A DNA stretch of 64,000 bases from assembly GCF_009914755.1 (NCBI RefSeq), contig NC_060938.1; one strand, 5' to 3'. Source of the DNA: the human T2T-CHM13v2.0 reference genome, Homo sapiens. A program made the position numbers and the translations under genes. The notes under the pieces are model-generated. The model worked only from the letters and a program-made list of their open reading frames with translations. It was not told where the DNA came from and did no database searches. Of the stretch, positions 26,179 through 40,710 are shown in pieces (within the stretch, counting starts at the first letter, position 1; every line of letters begins with the position of its first letter).

Positions 26179-27994
26179 CCAGGGGAGGGTATTTTCTGGA
26201 AGGACAGTGACTGCTCTAGTTCCCTCCTCTAAAAAGTGAACCCTGCCCCAAGCCAATGCTGTCTGCGAAGGACTGTGGCTCTCACTTTCTCTAAGTTCAT
26301 TTTTGCTCTGCCTTCAGGCCTAGCCTCCTTACATCCATGGTGGCGTTGCTTTGGCACTAAAATTGCACTCACCTTGGGCTTGCAGACACAGGTCAATTTT
26401 GAGGGGCCAGGTAAAATATATATCCAGGGGAGGAGGTTAGAAGAGGTTACCCAAGGCGCTGAGCCTCTTCAAGAGCTCAGGTTTCTGGCTTCAGAGTCTC
26501 AATGTGGGGCCTGACTCATAGACCCACAGGGCCCCCTTCCTGGAGATTCCCCACATCACGTATGTGGTTAGTGAACTTGAGGTATTCGTTGGCACACCAG
26601 CAATGATGGGGAACTCTGTGTTTTGTTCACTGATCCATTTCATGCCACTCTAACATTTTTAAAAAGGGGAGCAGGTGGTGCTGAGGAGTCTCAGAGGCCA
26701 AGAACCAAGGCCAGGGGCAGCTGAAGCCTGAATCAGAGAGATCTGCTGACAATCTGTATCAGTGACACTTCCATCAGGCAAACTAAAGTAACTCTGAGTA
26801 TCTCAAGGAGGAAGAGACAACACAGGAAGTAGAGGCTTTGAAATGATTTGAAGACCTGGGGTTGCAAGGTCAGGGAAGCCACGGCTACAAACAGCTTAGG
26901 AACTCAGGAGCTACAGAAATTGCAGGGACAGTTTCCAGCAATCTCAGATCCTGCAGCACTGAAATCAGCAGTTCATGGGGGGCTGCCCAGAGACCCATCA
27001 GTGCTAAAGCCTTATGCCAGCTGCCTGCAAAAGTACTGGCTCCTCATGGCCCTTCAGGGGTAATAATGACTCTTCCTTCTTTCCCGTCTTCCAGATCTTG
27101 CATGAGCACCTCTCATTGAAGAACCTACTGTGTAACCCCGCTGGTCACAGAGGCTGAGAAATGCAGCATCCACATTTCCAGTCTCTGCAGTAGAGGAGAT
27201 GGTACAGAAAAGAGCAAGAGATTGTCTAGCACACATTGTCTACTCTGGATGCCACATTGACATTTCTCCCAGCGTTTTCATATAAAATTAGTTGAGCTGA
27301 CTTAGAAATGACCACACTGGTGAGTTTCAATGTAAGTTGCACATACATAAATATGAGATTAACCCAAGTGTCATGTCATCCCTTATCTTCTCAATGAAAA
27401 GATCTCCCACAAAGTGTTGCTGACTACTTAAAAAATCAACTTGGAATAATCAATTTATTAATTTACTAACATATAATTAAGATTTCATACAACATAAAAT
27501 AGTAATTTTAAAAAGATTATTTTTCCTCTCTTAACATTTCATGGGGGTTTGCATATTAGTTACACATAATATATATGTGCATATTTACATGTTACTTGAA
27601 GCTTACATAATCTACCTTGACACCAGTAAGCATGATTGTCTGAGTTGTTTGAGCAACAGCACCCTTCAAATCTATGTTCCTCTGGAGGCTATGTCCCAAG
27701 CCACAGGTGCTCACTCACATAACAGTGCGACCATTTGCAAATTTTCTCCTGTAAGTGCGTATTTCTGATCTGTGCTGTTCTTTTGGCATAGTTGTTAAAA
27801 TGATGCTCAGCACTTACAGTTGTACACTCATGCCCATAGAAGGGATGACTATACCCCTGTGACCTCTGTAAGCATCCCAAATTAGCCTTAGATGAGGTCA
27901 CTTCAGGTTATTGCATCTGTCCCAGACCTAACTTTCTCTTGTATTTGGGCTTGCACAGAATACAAAGGCAATAAACACATAGCTCCTTTGTGTT

Positions 27995-28000
<6 letters not shown>

Positions 28001-28027
<27 letters not shown>
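28001..28027. repeat. (TG)n microsatellite
   Basis: Directly visible. Confidence 0.95.
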
Positions 28028-28059
28028 TTGTGTAATGTTTTAAAAAGTTCTTTTATGGG

Positions 28060-28850
28060 CCTCATTCATTCATTCATTCATTCACTCTTATTTATTCATT
28101 TACTCACTTATGGCATTTCCACTCTTAAACCCTTGAGTGGCTTTCTACTGCCCTTAGAATAAAGCCAAGCTCTGTTCCAAGACCTGCAGAGCTCAGCCTC
28201 ACCTGAACCCATCTCCAGTCTTGCTTTCCCTTCCCTCTCCGTTCCCAGTGTGCCACCTGCACAGCTTTCTGCCTTGGTCATGCCTGCTCAGTCTGCCGTG
28301 GGGGCAGTGGCACCTGCTCTTCCCTCTGCCTGAAGTGATCATCCCTGGGTCTCTGCCTGGCCAGACTCCTCTCTTCCTTCAGGTCTGTACTCAGCAAGGA
28401 CTTCTGTGCCGCCCCTCTTGAAAGAAGTGTCTCCCCAGCTCCATTACTCCTTTTGGGGGTCATCCTATTTGATGTTCTTCACAATGCTTCTTCCAATCTG
28501 ACAGTGTCTGCTTCAGTTGTCTGTTGACTTGCCTATGGTCTGGACCCTCCCAGTAACATGAGCCCTGATGAGGAGGGAACTCTGGAGAAGGAAATGGACT
28601 CTCTGGAGCTCCTTGAGGACATGAGCTGGCTGTCTTTGTGACACCAGTCCTAGCAGAGCCTGTGCTCATCATCTGGTGCATGCATTTATGGTGCAAGGAT
28701 TCAGTGTTATTGGCCTCAGTGTACAGCAGAGAAAAGGGAATCTCAGAGAGGTCAAGCAACACACCCAAGCCCACACAGCTGATGAACAATGGAGGTGGGA
28801 GTGAGCGACAGGGCACTCGGAGCACGCACTTAAGCACGTGCTGCTCTGTC
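28060..28850. mobile_element. L2 fragment followed by a MIR fragment
   Basis: 'gtggctttctactgcccttagaataaagccaagct', 'cagtcctagcagagcctgtgc'; then 'tcagagaggtcaagcaacacacccaagcccacacagct'. Confidence 0.55.
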
Positions 28851-30159
28851 CTCCTCACCTCCCCATCGACCTGCATGCATTGACATGCTTTACACCTGAA
28901 AAAATGACTTACGCTAGAAAAATGGAAGTTTCAAGAGTCTAATCTTTTCTGATCCCCCCAATGACATTAGCTTAGGAAAATCTCGCCTGGGCCTCATGTA
29001 ACTTGATGGAGAAAGGTAATGAGACAGCACAGGGTCCCTTGTCAAGAGAAGCGGCGAAGAGACTTCATTTGTTCGAGTCTTGGGTGTAATGATTGAGCTA
29101 GAGAATCCATTTCAGCTGGGAAAGGTGGGTGCTGATGAAGTTATGGGCCGGCTGCACCTTTTAAAATGAAATATTTAAATAAGTGGAACCTCGTGCGGAT
29201 GATGTATGAAGCTCTCCCGAGATGTAAATCACACGATTCCTAAACGTCCTTTAACAAAGTCAATTATGTTACATAAACTTAACAGAGACAAAGATCCCTT
29301 ATCCTCAGAATCGTCCATTTCTCTGCAGTAGTTCTGTCAAGATAAGGACCTCAACAGAAGCAGAATATTATTTAAAACCTCTCGACATTGTTCTATAAAT
29401 TGGATGAAATAAAAAAATTTAAACAAAAACACATACTTTATTAATGTTATTGGCGAGAAGCGGCACTCCGGCAAGCACATCACAGGAAACATCTTCCGTG
29501 TTCCTGAAATCATCTCTATTAGATTATGTAGGTATGATCTATGAAAATACTTCCAAACTTAATCTGTCGAGAATTCAGAGAGTGTGTAAGCAAATACTTA
29601 GATTTGCATTAGATTCTTGACTTTGAAATCCATTACCGTAAGTTACTTACTGACTTTGAGGAGCAAGCTTTACCATAGGAGGAAGATGGGAGGGGCCGCA
29701 TTCCTGTTTCGAGGGGGATGGCCTGCTGGATATTTTTTTTAAGACCATTTAAATCTCTTGCGAAGGTCAATTCCACCTTTTCCCTTACAGAATTAGTACC
29801 AGGCAAGGGAGGCAAGCCTGTGTCATAACTGATTTCAGCCCCATGGCTCTCTGGGATCGTTTTGGCAATTTTTAGAATATATGCCTTATTATTATTTTTT
29901 TGTTTCATTGTGCTGTTAAAAGATGAAAATTGAATTTGCATTTTACTGCTCCTTTTTGAACCACTCCGCTTGCGATATCTGGCATGTGTATATTTTTAAA
30001 AAGTCAAATGTAGATTAAAAACCAAGAAAACAGAAGTCTGATAACTTCTTAATGATATAGGACGCGTCTTTATTTGTGGGGGGTGCACAGACTATTTTTA
30101 TTTATATTCTGCTTTCTTAATTCGATGACTAGATACTTTAAATAAGACAAGTCCTCTGT

Positions 30160-30825
30160 GGCAGGGTCAGCAAACTTTTTCTCTACAAGGCCAAATACCA
30201 AATACTTTAGGCTTTGCGGGTCACAGGATCTCTGGCGCCCACCTAAACTCTGCCAGTGTAGCATGAAAGCAGCTGTAGAAAATATAGTCATGAAAAGGCG
30301 TGACTGTGTTCTAATCAAATTTCAGGCCAGGAGCGGTGGCTCACGCCTGTAATCCCAGCACTTTGGAAGGCCAAGGCAGGCAGATCACCTGAGGTCAGGA
30401 GTTCAAGACCAGCCTGGCCAACATGGTGAAACCCCATGTCTACTAAAATTACAAAAATTAGCCAGGTGTGGTGGCGGGCATCTGTAATTCCAGCTACTCG
30501 GGAGGCTGAGGCTGGAGAATTGCTTGAACCCGGGAGGCAAGGTTGCAGTGAGTTGAGATTGTGCCATTGCACTCGAGCCTGGGTGACAAGAGTGAAACCC
30601 TGTCTCAAAACAAACAAACACACACACACACACACACACAAACAAATTTCATTGATGCACACTGAAATTAGAATTTCATGTAATTTTCAGGTGTCATGAA
30701 ATACTATTCTTTTGATTTTTTTTTCAACCGTTCAAACATGTAGAAGTCATTCCTAGGTCTCAGCCCATACAGAAACAATAGTAGACTGAATTTGGCCTGT
30801 GGGCTGTAGTTTTCTGACCCCTGCT
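30160..30825. mobile_element. MER58B-like element interrupted by an Alu
   Basis: Terminal inverted ends 'cagggtcagcaaac' and 'gttttctgacccctg'. Confidence 0.85.
30325..30642 (+). mobile_element. AluSx-like element with a (CA)n-converted tail
   Basis: Full dimer; TSD caaatttca at 30316-30324 and 30643-30651. Confidence 0.97.
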
Positions 30826-33057
30826 CTATATAAATAGCCACAAACATTGCTTTTCTTTAAACATTGAACGTTAAGATGGAGCTCTTAAATAATTCTGTTT
30901 CAACGTAAAAGTGGAGGAGAATCTTTGCAAGTAAAGGTTGGACATTAGGAAACTAGTCTGACTCAAATACAAATGGAGCTCATCAAATATTTACTGCATA
31001 CCTCCTGTGTGCCCAGTGCTATACTTGGGGGTTGGGGTGTGCCATGGTGCTGCAGAATTGCTTAGAATCTTAACTGTCAAAATCAGGAAGGGACTTGCAG
31101 AATCATTGTTGTCATTCACTTGGAAGAACTTTTGTAACCATGTTAAAGTGATGCAAGGATGTCTATTTTTTTTCTTAATGTGATGGTCTACCACTTTCTG
31201 TATCCTGGCCCCTAGAAGGGAAAACGGAAACTGCCCCTGAGAAATTCAGGCCTCTGTCAGTTTTGGACTTGAGCATAGGCTTGGCCATTCCCAAGTCACC
31301 CACGATGAGGGGTTACCTGGAAGGCCTGAAGATTCACTCCTGACAAATAACTCAGTTGACCTGGCAACTTATATTCATTTAAGTGGACATGTGTCCACTT
31401 AAATTCATTTAAACGACCCTCTAACAAGAAAGTGTGTCGTTTACACCAATAATTACCATCACTCAAAAGAGGCCATGCCTAGAACCAAAGCCTAGAATAG
31501 TACCCCGAGATGGTCCATTTCACCATATTCCAAAGACTTGAGTCAGTTTCAGGCTCCATGGGGACTTATTTGGGCTGAAATGGGCGTGCTCATCTGTCAC
31601 TTTGGGACAATAATTCATCAGATCACTCATTAAGAGCCCTGGAGATGTTCCCATGTTTTGACTGTAATTAAATTTCTAGGTATCTTTTCTACCTAGAGAA
31701 TTATAGTCAAAAGTTATAGATAAATATATAATTCAGTAATATTTATAATATAAACATTTGAAAGCCAAATACATTTTCAATAATAGCTGAAGATGGTAAA
31801 TTATAATATACCCATAGTTTAGGGCCTACTAACTTCTTTTAGAGAAAGATTTTTGTTTCAAAAAAATAGTTGTGGATAAAATCAAGACCCTCAGTCATGT
31901 TAAATTGTCCCAACCACAGATACATAAAAGACAGATGGAAATTTTTGACATTGGCACTGGCTTTTTTTTCTGACAGGTGAAATCATGAACTGTGTATTGA
32001 GTTTCCGGCCCTTTGGAAAAATGAAATGCCAAAACAAGCCTTTCTTGGGGTTTGTGCTTTGTTTTGAAGCAGTTCTTGGTGATGCTTAACAGAGTGCCTG
32101 GCTGGAACACAGAAGACACTCAATTAATGATTTTAAGCCAGTGAATAATGAATGAAAGCCACGAAGCCAGCCTAGCGAAGCCTCGGAGGATTCCTTCCCG
32201 ATGGCATGATGGTTAGATGGTCCAGGCCTGGAGCTTACCTGGACCTCCTTACCTGGGTGTCTTAGATAATTAAGGAATTTCCCCAAGCCTCAGTTTTTAA
32301 GTTCCTTCATAAACAGGGATAGCACCTCCTTCCCAGGTGAGGTGGAGATGAAATGAAATGATGCAGGGGTATACTTGGCCCAGGTTTGCATTTAATGAGC
32401 TCCTAATAAGTGTTACTATTAATCAATGTATTATTATGAAAGACATTTGCTCACTTAAAAATCAGTAAGAACACTCAGCTGAGCAAAATAATTTCTTCAT
32501 AATCACAATGTCTAATTGTTTATAGCATATTTTATGTTTCAGCATTTTAACAGTTACAGGTTCTTTGGCATCATCATTCAGTATTTCTTATTAATTAAAT
32601 TAGTTATAACTTCAAAATTAATAATGTCTTCGGGTTACCAGCTTACGTTTTTAAATTCCATAATGTACACGCTGGTTTGTATTTTATCTATTTCTGAGCT
32701 TTAAAGTGTGTGTGTGTGTGTGTTTGTGGGTGTGTGTTGTATGCAGTGTTTTTACCTTAAGGTCCAAGAATTTCTTTTATGTCTAATCTGGGTCAGTTTG
32801 TGAGGCAGGGAAACAGTATTTAAAATCCTATTCATGAAAGAATTGAATGTTTTCAGATATTTTAGCAGCATGCATAGCAATGGCTGCTTGTGTTACGTGT
32901 TTTACCATTAATTTCTGGCGACTCACCCACACTGAGGGCTCTCGGACACCTTCGAGCTGAGAGGGGTGGACGTCACCAGTCCCTGCCTCATCTGACTGGG
33001 CCCGGCCCCTGGAGGAAATCCCAGGCATCCTGGGGTGGTTCAGAAATGGGCAGGCTT

Positions 33058-33494
<437 letters not shown>

Positions 33495-34319
33495 TCATTC
33501 TCAGAAGGGAGCTACGGGAAGCTAGTTCTTCTCTTTTGCTCCAGATGTGAATGTGGACGCATGCTGCTCCCATCCAGTGATCTGCCTCTATGGATATTAA
33601 AAGACTTGGCTGAGAGGAGCAAAGCTAAGAGACCATTGGGAGAAAGAGGGAACTGAAGTCTGGCAACCAATGGCCTTCTTCATTGGTTAGCCAGCTACAG
33701 GCCTATTTTTGTTCCTTGCAGCCCAAAACACTCGAATTGATTCACTCATCCTTGACAAGCCACCTGGCAAAATAGGACAATCGTACCAATGTCACAAGTG
33801 AGGCATGAGGATGAAATGCTGGGATGGTGCAGGGCCAAGTGTCGCACAGAGAGCTTGGGGGTCTCTTGTTCCATTTCACACTCTCCTTGACCCATTCACA
33901 CTTTAGAGTAAAACTGAGCTTGATTTTCAATAGATGGAGATATTCGTTATAAAATGATTCACAGAGGGACATCTGGGTTTCTGACGACATTAAACTGTAA
34001 ATATTTCATGTGTTTTGTGTACCTATTTCTTATATTTTTCATAAAGATTAAACATTATTTTCTGTCTTTTTATAAAATAACAATTGTAGTTTTATTCTGA
34101 TTCTTTTGGTCACCAGTGAGCCAAATGTAAATTCCATGGAAATAAAAACCATACAAAATTTTTAAATCCAATTTGCTTGTTTTAAAATATGACGTTATGA
34201 TGTTAAAATGTCACTGGTGGGTATATTGTCACTGATAGATATATTGACCCTGGTCCTGTGTATGTGTGAGCGTGTGTACATTTCAAAAGGAATTCTTGCA
34301 GACAGGGAGGGGAGGGGGA

Positions 34320-34354
<35 letters not shown>

Positions 34355-35023
34355 ACGAATATTCCAGGGTATCCAAGGAGCAGCAAGTCTCCCTCCAAAC
34401 CCCAGCTATGAGTCTCTCAGATACAGATCTATTTTAGAATTTCAATGACTGTCCCACTTAATGAATTAGGGAGTTCTTTATAGAGATGCACTGTTTTTGA
34501 AAGCATCAGAAGGTCACTGTTATATTAAGTTCTCAAATCTGACTTTTAAAGATTTCTGATGTTATGTAGGTCAGAAGTAGACCTTTATCAGACTACTTCT
34601 GCTTCAGGAGGGTCAGGACAAGAAACAGAACAATGGCAAAACATGGGGTCCCTGACATTCTCCCTTGAACTCTTTCTAAGCACGAGGGACTACATCTCTA
34701 AGTGACTGGACTGAGCTTCCTCCTTAGAGACAGTCTCTGCGGAAATGTGCCTTCTCAAAACCCTTCTGTTGCCATTCAAGGCCCTACCTGTCTAAGCCTT
34801 GCCTGTCTTTCCAAGTAGCCCTCTACTCTCATAAACCCTGCTCTGCCAAATCAGGATGCTCTTACCACTCCCCAACACTGTCTACCCAGTCCAGGCCTAG
34901 CACGGTTCTCCCAGCTTCCTGGAGCTCAGCTGTCATAAAGGTGCTCACCTCTCACAGAGGTGCCACCAAGGGCATGAGGCCTTGTCTTTTAAAGGGTCCT
35001 CATGGCTCCATCTTTAGTCCATG

Positions 35024-35381
35024 TATATTAGTCTGTTCTCACACTGCTCTAAAGAAATACCCAAGACTGGGTAATTTATAAAGGAAAGAGGTTTAATTGA
35101 CTCACCATTCTGCATGGCTGGGGATGCCACAGGAAACTTACAATCATGGCGGAAGGGGAAGCAGGCACGTATTATATGGTGGCAGGAGAGAGAGAGCACT
35201 TGAAGGGGGAAGAGCCCTTTATAAAGCCATCAGATCTCATGAGAACTCGCTCACTATCACAAGAACAGCATGGGGGAAACTGCCCCCATGATCCATCCCC
35301 TCCACCAGGTCCCTCCCTCCGCATGTGCAGATTACAGCTGGTGATGAGATTTGGGTGGGGACACAGAGCCAAACCACGTCA
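35024..35381 (-). mobile_element. THE1D/MSTA-type solo LTR
   Basis: 'attagtctgttctcacactgct..gagatttgggtggggacacagagccaaacca'; 5-bp TSD ccatg on both sides. Confidence 0.92.
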
Positions 35382-38040
35382 CCATGGATGCTGTCATTTT
35401 ACCCCATTAGCCCTGCACGAGGCATGGTGGCCAGACCAGGGGGGGAAGCTGGTCAAAAACAAATAGCAGAGGTCTTGGAGAGAGGGGATATTGGGGCTGG
35501 ATTCTAGTCTGGCCACCTATGGCTAGTGTGGCCCTGGGTGAGTCAGTGCTGTAGACATCTGCTGGTACCTCCTTAAAATAATTCCCCTTTTCTGGGGCAC
35601 AGTCCCCCCTCCTCTGACAACTGCCAATCTCTAAGTTGAGGGATCGCCTTAGTCCATGGTCCCAGCATGATGCTCCTCTGAAATAGATCCTGTGTGATTT
35701 CTGAATCCACATGAAAAGGATCACAATCAAAGAAATGAGCAACCTGAGCAACTAGAGTAATGAAATGACTCTAACCTTGAACTTGAATGTCTTGAAAGAC
35801 ATTGAAAGTGACCCAATTCATACTCCCCCAATAGCTCTCACATTCCATTTTCTCTCCTCCCTAATTTCATCATACCCCGTGCCTCTTTGGAGCACTCTTT
35901 GCCAAGCCAACTCAGCACAGGGGAGACCAACATGGCTCTCCCAGCCCATGAGGCTTGCTTTGGCCTCTCTCTCTCTTGCCCTCTGCCTCTCCATCTCAAC
36001 TCATCTTTTTCTCATTATACAACACTCTCCTATAGTTCATTATAAAGCCCCTCATTCTTCATTCACTATAAAGATCTCTCCCAAGGCCGTCTCCTGTTGT
36101 CCTCAGCTTCTCTGGGCCTTCCTTAGGCCACTCTCTGTTTTTTCATCCCTGAAGCCCAGACCCCACCTACCAGAAAGACACTTTAGGGAGTGGGATGAAG
36201 GAGGGCCCATCAACAGGAAAAAGCAGTGTCCTTCCCACTGAGCATTCGCACTCAAACCGCCTTCCCATTGCAGGTTCATATGCGGTAAGCCGTCGCGCCT
36301 GGTACAGAGTAGACGCCCACTGTTAGCATCTCTCCCAAAAACCCTCTTAAATCCAGGTGGTGTCCAAAATGGGAAAAGCAGCAGTGTTTATAGAGAATGA
36401 TGACTTTTGAGGCTGGGGAATGAGAACACAGCTGCCAATCCACCATGCTGGCCTAGAAACAGAACATGGAAATGTAGGTCAAAGTGACCAGAACAGAGCA
36501 TTTTCACTGGCTTCTGGGAGTTAAGCTTTGGCCTCAAGTCTTATCCTCATTCGATGTGGCAAATGTTTCAGAGAGAAGTCCTGAGCTACTGTGGGGTGTG
36601 GCCGCTGCTAGATTTTCAGGGACCACTCACGTCTGTTGTGTGGAAAGTCCCCGGTGGGTGTAAAGTTCAGAGCCAGTTGAACTGAAGTATGTTGAGATCC
36701 AAAGGGCAGGAGCCTCTGCATCAGGAGCCCAGGCCGGGTGCAGACTCTGTCACCTGTGTGAAATCCCATCCCAACATTAAGCCCCATTTTTCTCATGTGT
36801 TAAAAGGGAGAAGGGAGGAAGACCAGTGGCTCCCAGAACATCACCAACTCCACATCAATCTCACCACCTTCACTTTTAAGCAGAGCACCTGGCACAGAGG
36901 ATGCTCTTACAAGATATCCGTCGAATGCTTGGAGTGGTACTTATTTCACTTCCCTGAAACTTAAACTGTGGCTTAGCAGGACTTTTAAAAAAAATCACCT
37001 CTATGGCTGTTCACAGAAGATATGATTTCCACATCAGTTACACCAGAAGGCGAAGCCAGATTATCTGTGGTTACCTTGGACATCCACTTTCCTGTCCCTC
37101 CGGACATGACAGCAGCAATCCATTCCCTGTCTGACCAGATCACTAGGAAACGCCATTCATAATCTTCCCCTCTATTGATTCTGGTCAGTGGGTATTGGCA
37201 GCTTAAAAAGATTATGTTTTAATTGGGGACCAGATAGATGGCGTTTTAAGGTTTTGAGTTTCACTTCATGCCGTGCTATGGATTATTTGAGAGGTTGTTC
37301 AACACAAGGAGGACAAAGATTAATGTGTTGTCCTTTTCTTTGAGTGACCCTGGGTGCAAATGTAGCTTGGGCTAAAGTGACTGAAAATCTTTTTCTATCA
37401 CAGGGCTGAAAAGGTTGACTGTGAATTCATTAGTGTTATCTTTGTTTAGGGCATAAAGTCTACACATTAACTGGCTTAAGTAGAACACACATTTTCTCCA
37501 GGCTCAGCAAGCCTCAAGTGGCTGGGGAAAAGTGGGGGCCTCCAAGCTGGGTCAGGGTGAACAGTTTAGGAGCCAACAACCCAGGACTCTTAGAAGCTGC
37601 TGTTTCCCTGATTTTGTAGAGAAGAGAATCATAATACTAGTAGTTAGCTGGGGACAAGATGGGTGGGAAGATTAGATGGTGTCTCTGCAAAGGGCTTGTA
37701 AACTGGGAACTCTGGAATAAAAACATAACAGCGAGTAGTTGTGAAGTATTCATGAGGGGCCGAGCGCTTTTGTACATGATCTCTTATGTAATTGCAGCAA
37801 GTGGAAGCCCTTGCATTGTGATGTCTCTTCTAGAGATGCGGACACTGGAGCCAGAGGCCAAGCCATTTACCCAAGGCCAAGCTGCTTTGCCAAGGCCATG
37901 GAGATAGTGGTGGCTGGATAACCACCAAGCCTGGTCTCTGCCTCCAGCTGGGGTCTTGCCCTCGTCTACTTTATACTTTATAAGTGCAACCACTATGGCC
38001 TGGGTGGTCAATCACACACCAACTGATATGATCACCATGG

Positions 38041-38303
38041 TCTGAATTCTCCCAGGGGACCAGCCTTCTGGTCTTAGCACCCTTCCCTGCACCCTCACAC
38101 AGGGTCTGATGGCTCCACTTCCTGTTTATCAGGGAACCTCAGTGAGCTCAAGGACTGTCCTTATTCAGCTTACTCTGTGCCAGAGGCCCGTGGTCACCAA
38201 ACCTCTCTAATGAAGAAGCTGAGGAAGAAGCTGACCTCAATTACATGTCGTGAACAGCCACCATCTTGTTTTGTTCTCTCATCTCTCCCTGCTGTGCCCT
38301 CAG
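38041..38303 (+). repeat. Copy 1 of a ~265-bp local direct duplication (partner 40431-40710)
   Basis: Collinear similarity including a 35-nt identical run, tcctgtttatcagggaacctcagtgagctcaagga. Confidence 0.93.
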
Positions 38304-38571
38304 TGTAAAGTGAGTGTGCACTCACTCATAAGGCAGTGGTGTGGTCATGGCCATCGTCATCATCGTATTGGCTTGCCAGGGCTGCTATCACCAAGTCCTG
38401 CTCATTGGGTGGCCTAAACAACAGACATTTGTTGCCTCACAGTTCCGGAGGTGAGAAATCTGAAATAAAGGGGTGGCAAGGCAGGGTTGTTTGTTTTTTC
38501 TGAGAGCACTGAGGGAGAATCTGTTCCAGGCCTCACTCCTGGCTTCTGGTGGTTGCTTTGGCATTCCTTGG

Positions 38572-38924
38572 TGTATTAGTCTCTTTTCACGATGCTAATA
38601 AAGACATACCTGAGACTGGGTAATTTATAAAGAAAAAGAAGTTTAACGGACTCGCAGTTCCATGTGGCTGCGGAGGCCTCACAATCATGGTGGAAGGCGA
38701 AAGGCACGTCTTACATGGCAGCAGGTAAGAGCAAATGAGAGCCAAGTGAAAGGGGAAACCTCTTATAAAACCATCAGATCTTGTGAGACTTATTCACTAC
38801 CATGAGAACAGTATGGGGGAAACTGTCCCCATGACTCAATTTTCTCCCTTTCCACAACACATAGGAATTATGGGAGTTACCATTCAAGGTGAGATTTGGG
38901 TGGGGACACAACCAAACCATATCA
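38572..38924 (-). mobile_element. THE1B-like solo LTR
   Basis: tgtattagtc...aaccatatca termini; 5-bp TSD cttgg at 38567-38571 and 38925-38929. Confidence 0.93.
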
Positions 38925-38936
38925 CTTGGTGTGTAG

Positions 38937-39350
<414 letters not shown>

Positions 39351-39519
39351 TGAAGACCTCATCTTAATTTGCAATGACCCTATTTACATATACGGTGATA
39401 TTCTGAGGTAATATGTGTTAAGTGTCCAATGTATCATTTTGGTGGGACACGAGTCAACCATAGCCATCATCATCATTATTACTATTTAGCTAATAAGAAG
39501 TAAATAATATAATCACTGC

Positions 39520-39945
39520 ATCTGTCTTAGTATGCTATAATGAATTATGGTAGACCTCGTGGCTTAAATAATATACATTTTTTTCTCACAGTTCTAGAGG
39601 CTGGGAAGTTTGAGATTAAGTTGCCAGCATGTGTGGCCATTGTCATTGTCATCATTGTGTTGATTTGCTAGGGCTGCCATAACAAAGTACTGCATGTTGG
39701 GTTGCCTCAGTTTAAGGTGAGGAGTCTCTTCCTGGATTGCAGATGCCCACCTTCTTGCTGTGTTCTCACATGGTGGAGCTCTCCCTCTTCTTATAAGGAC
39801 ACTAAATCCATCATGGCAGGCCCACCCCTGTGATCTTATGTAAACCTAATTACATCTCAATGTTTATACCTCCAAATATTATCATATTGGAGGGTAAGGC
39901 TTCAGCATATGAATTTTAGAGGGCACAAAAATTCAGTCCATAACA
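39520..39945 (-). mobile_element. MLT1A-like LTR
   Basis: 'ttctcacagttctagaggctgggaagt', 'tcttataaggacactaa', 'attcagtccataaca'. Confidence 0.8.
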
Positions 39946-40430
39946 GTCTTCTCCAGAGATTTTCCTTTACCTTCCTAGAGAATCAGTTATACCAGTATGC
40001 CAAAATCAATTGTTTGGCATGGTGTGTTCAGGAAACCAGGTAAATGTTCACCCTGGTTTTCAACCTTAAACTTGGTGCAGAGCCACAGGGAGGGGCTGCC
40101 CACTTCTGTCTGACATTTAGTTTTTTCCAACTCTTGTGGGCATCTCTGAAGAGTAGAACTATCACTTTCCCACAACATTATGTTGAGATGTGGAATAAAC
40201 AGAAAATGTTCTGTGATACCTTCATAGAGCAAACATCCTATGTGCAAACTCAGAATTTGTGAGTGACCTCTGCATGCAAACCCATTACCTTGACTTGCAA
40301 CCATTACCATTCAGTTTATTTCCCCAAGAGGTCTTGCAAGACCTAGAGGGGCACCTGCATGGTTTGCCTTCCTCACTTCCCCGAGTTTTCTCAGTATCCA
40401 GTGAATCTTTCAAGAGCTGGGAGAATTCTC

Positions 40431-40710
40431 TCTGAATTCTCTCAGGGGACCAGCCTTCTGGTCTTAGTCAGCATCTGTACCCATATCCTCACATAGGGTC
40501 TGATGGCTCCAACATCCTGTTTATCAGGGAACCTCAGTGAGCTCAAGGATAAACTCAGTAAGGATACTGACCTTATCCAACTTACTCTGTGCTAGAGGCC
40601 CATGGTCACCCAACATCTTCAATGGCAACAGGAGAAGCTGAACTCAGTTACATGTTGTGAACGGTCACCATCTTGTTCTGTTCTCTCATCTCTCCCAACT
40701 GTGCCCTCAG
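40431..40710 (+). repeat. Copy 2 of the local direct duplication (partner 38041-38303)
   Basis: As for copy 1, with an extra insertion of about 18 nt. Confidence 0.93.
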
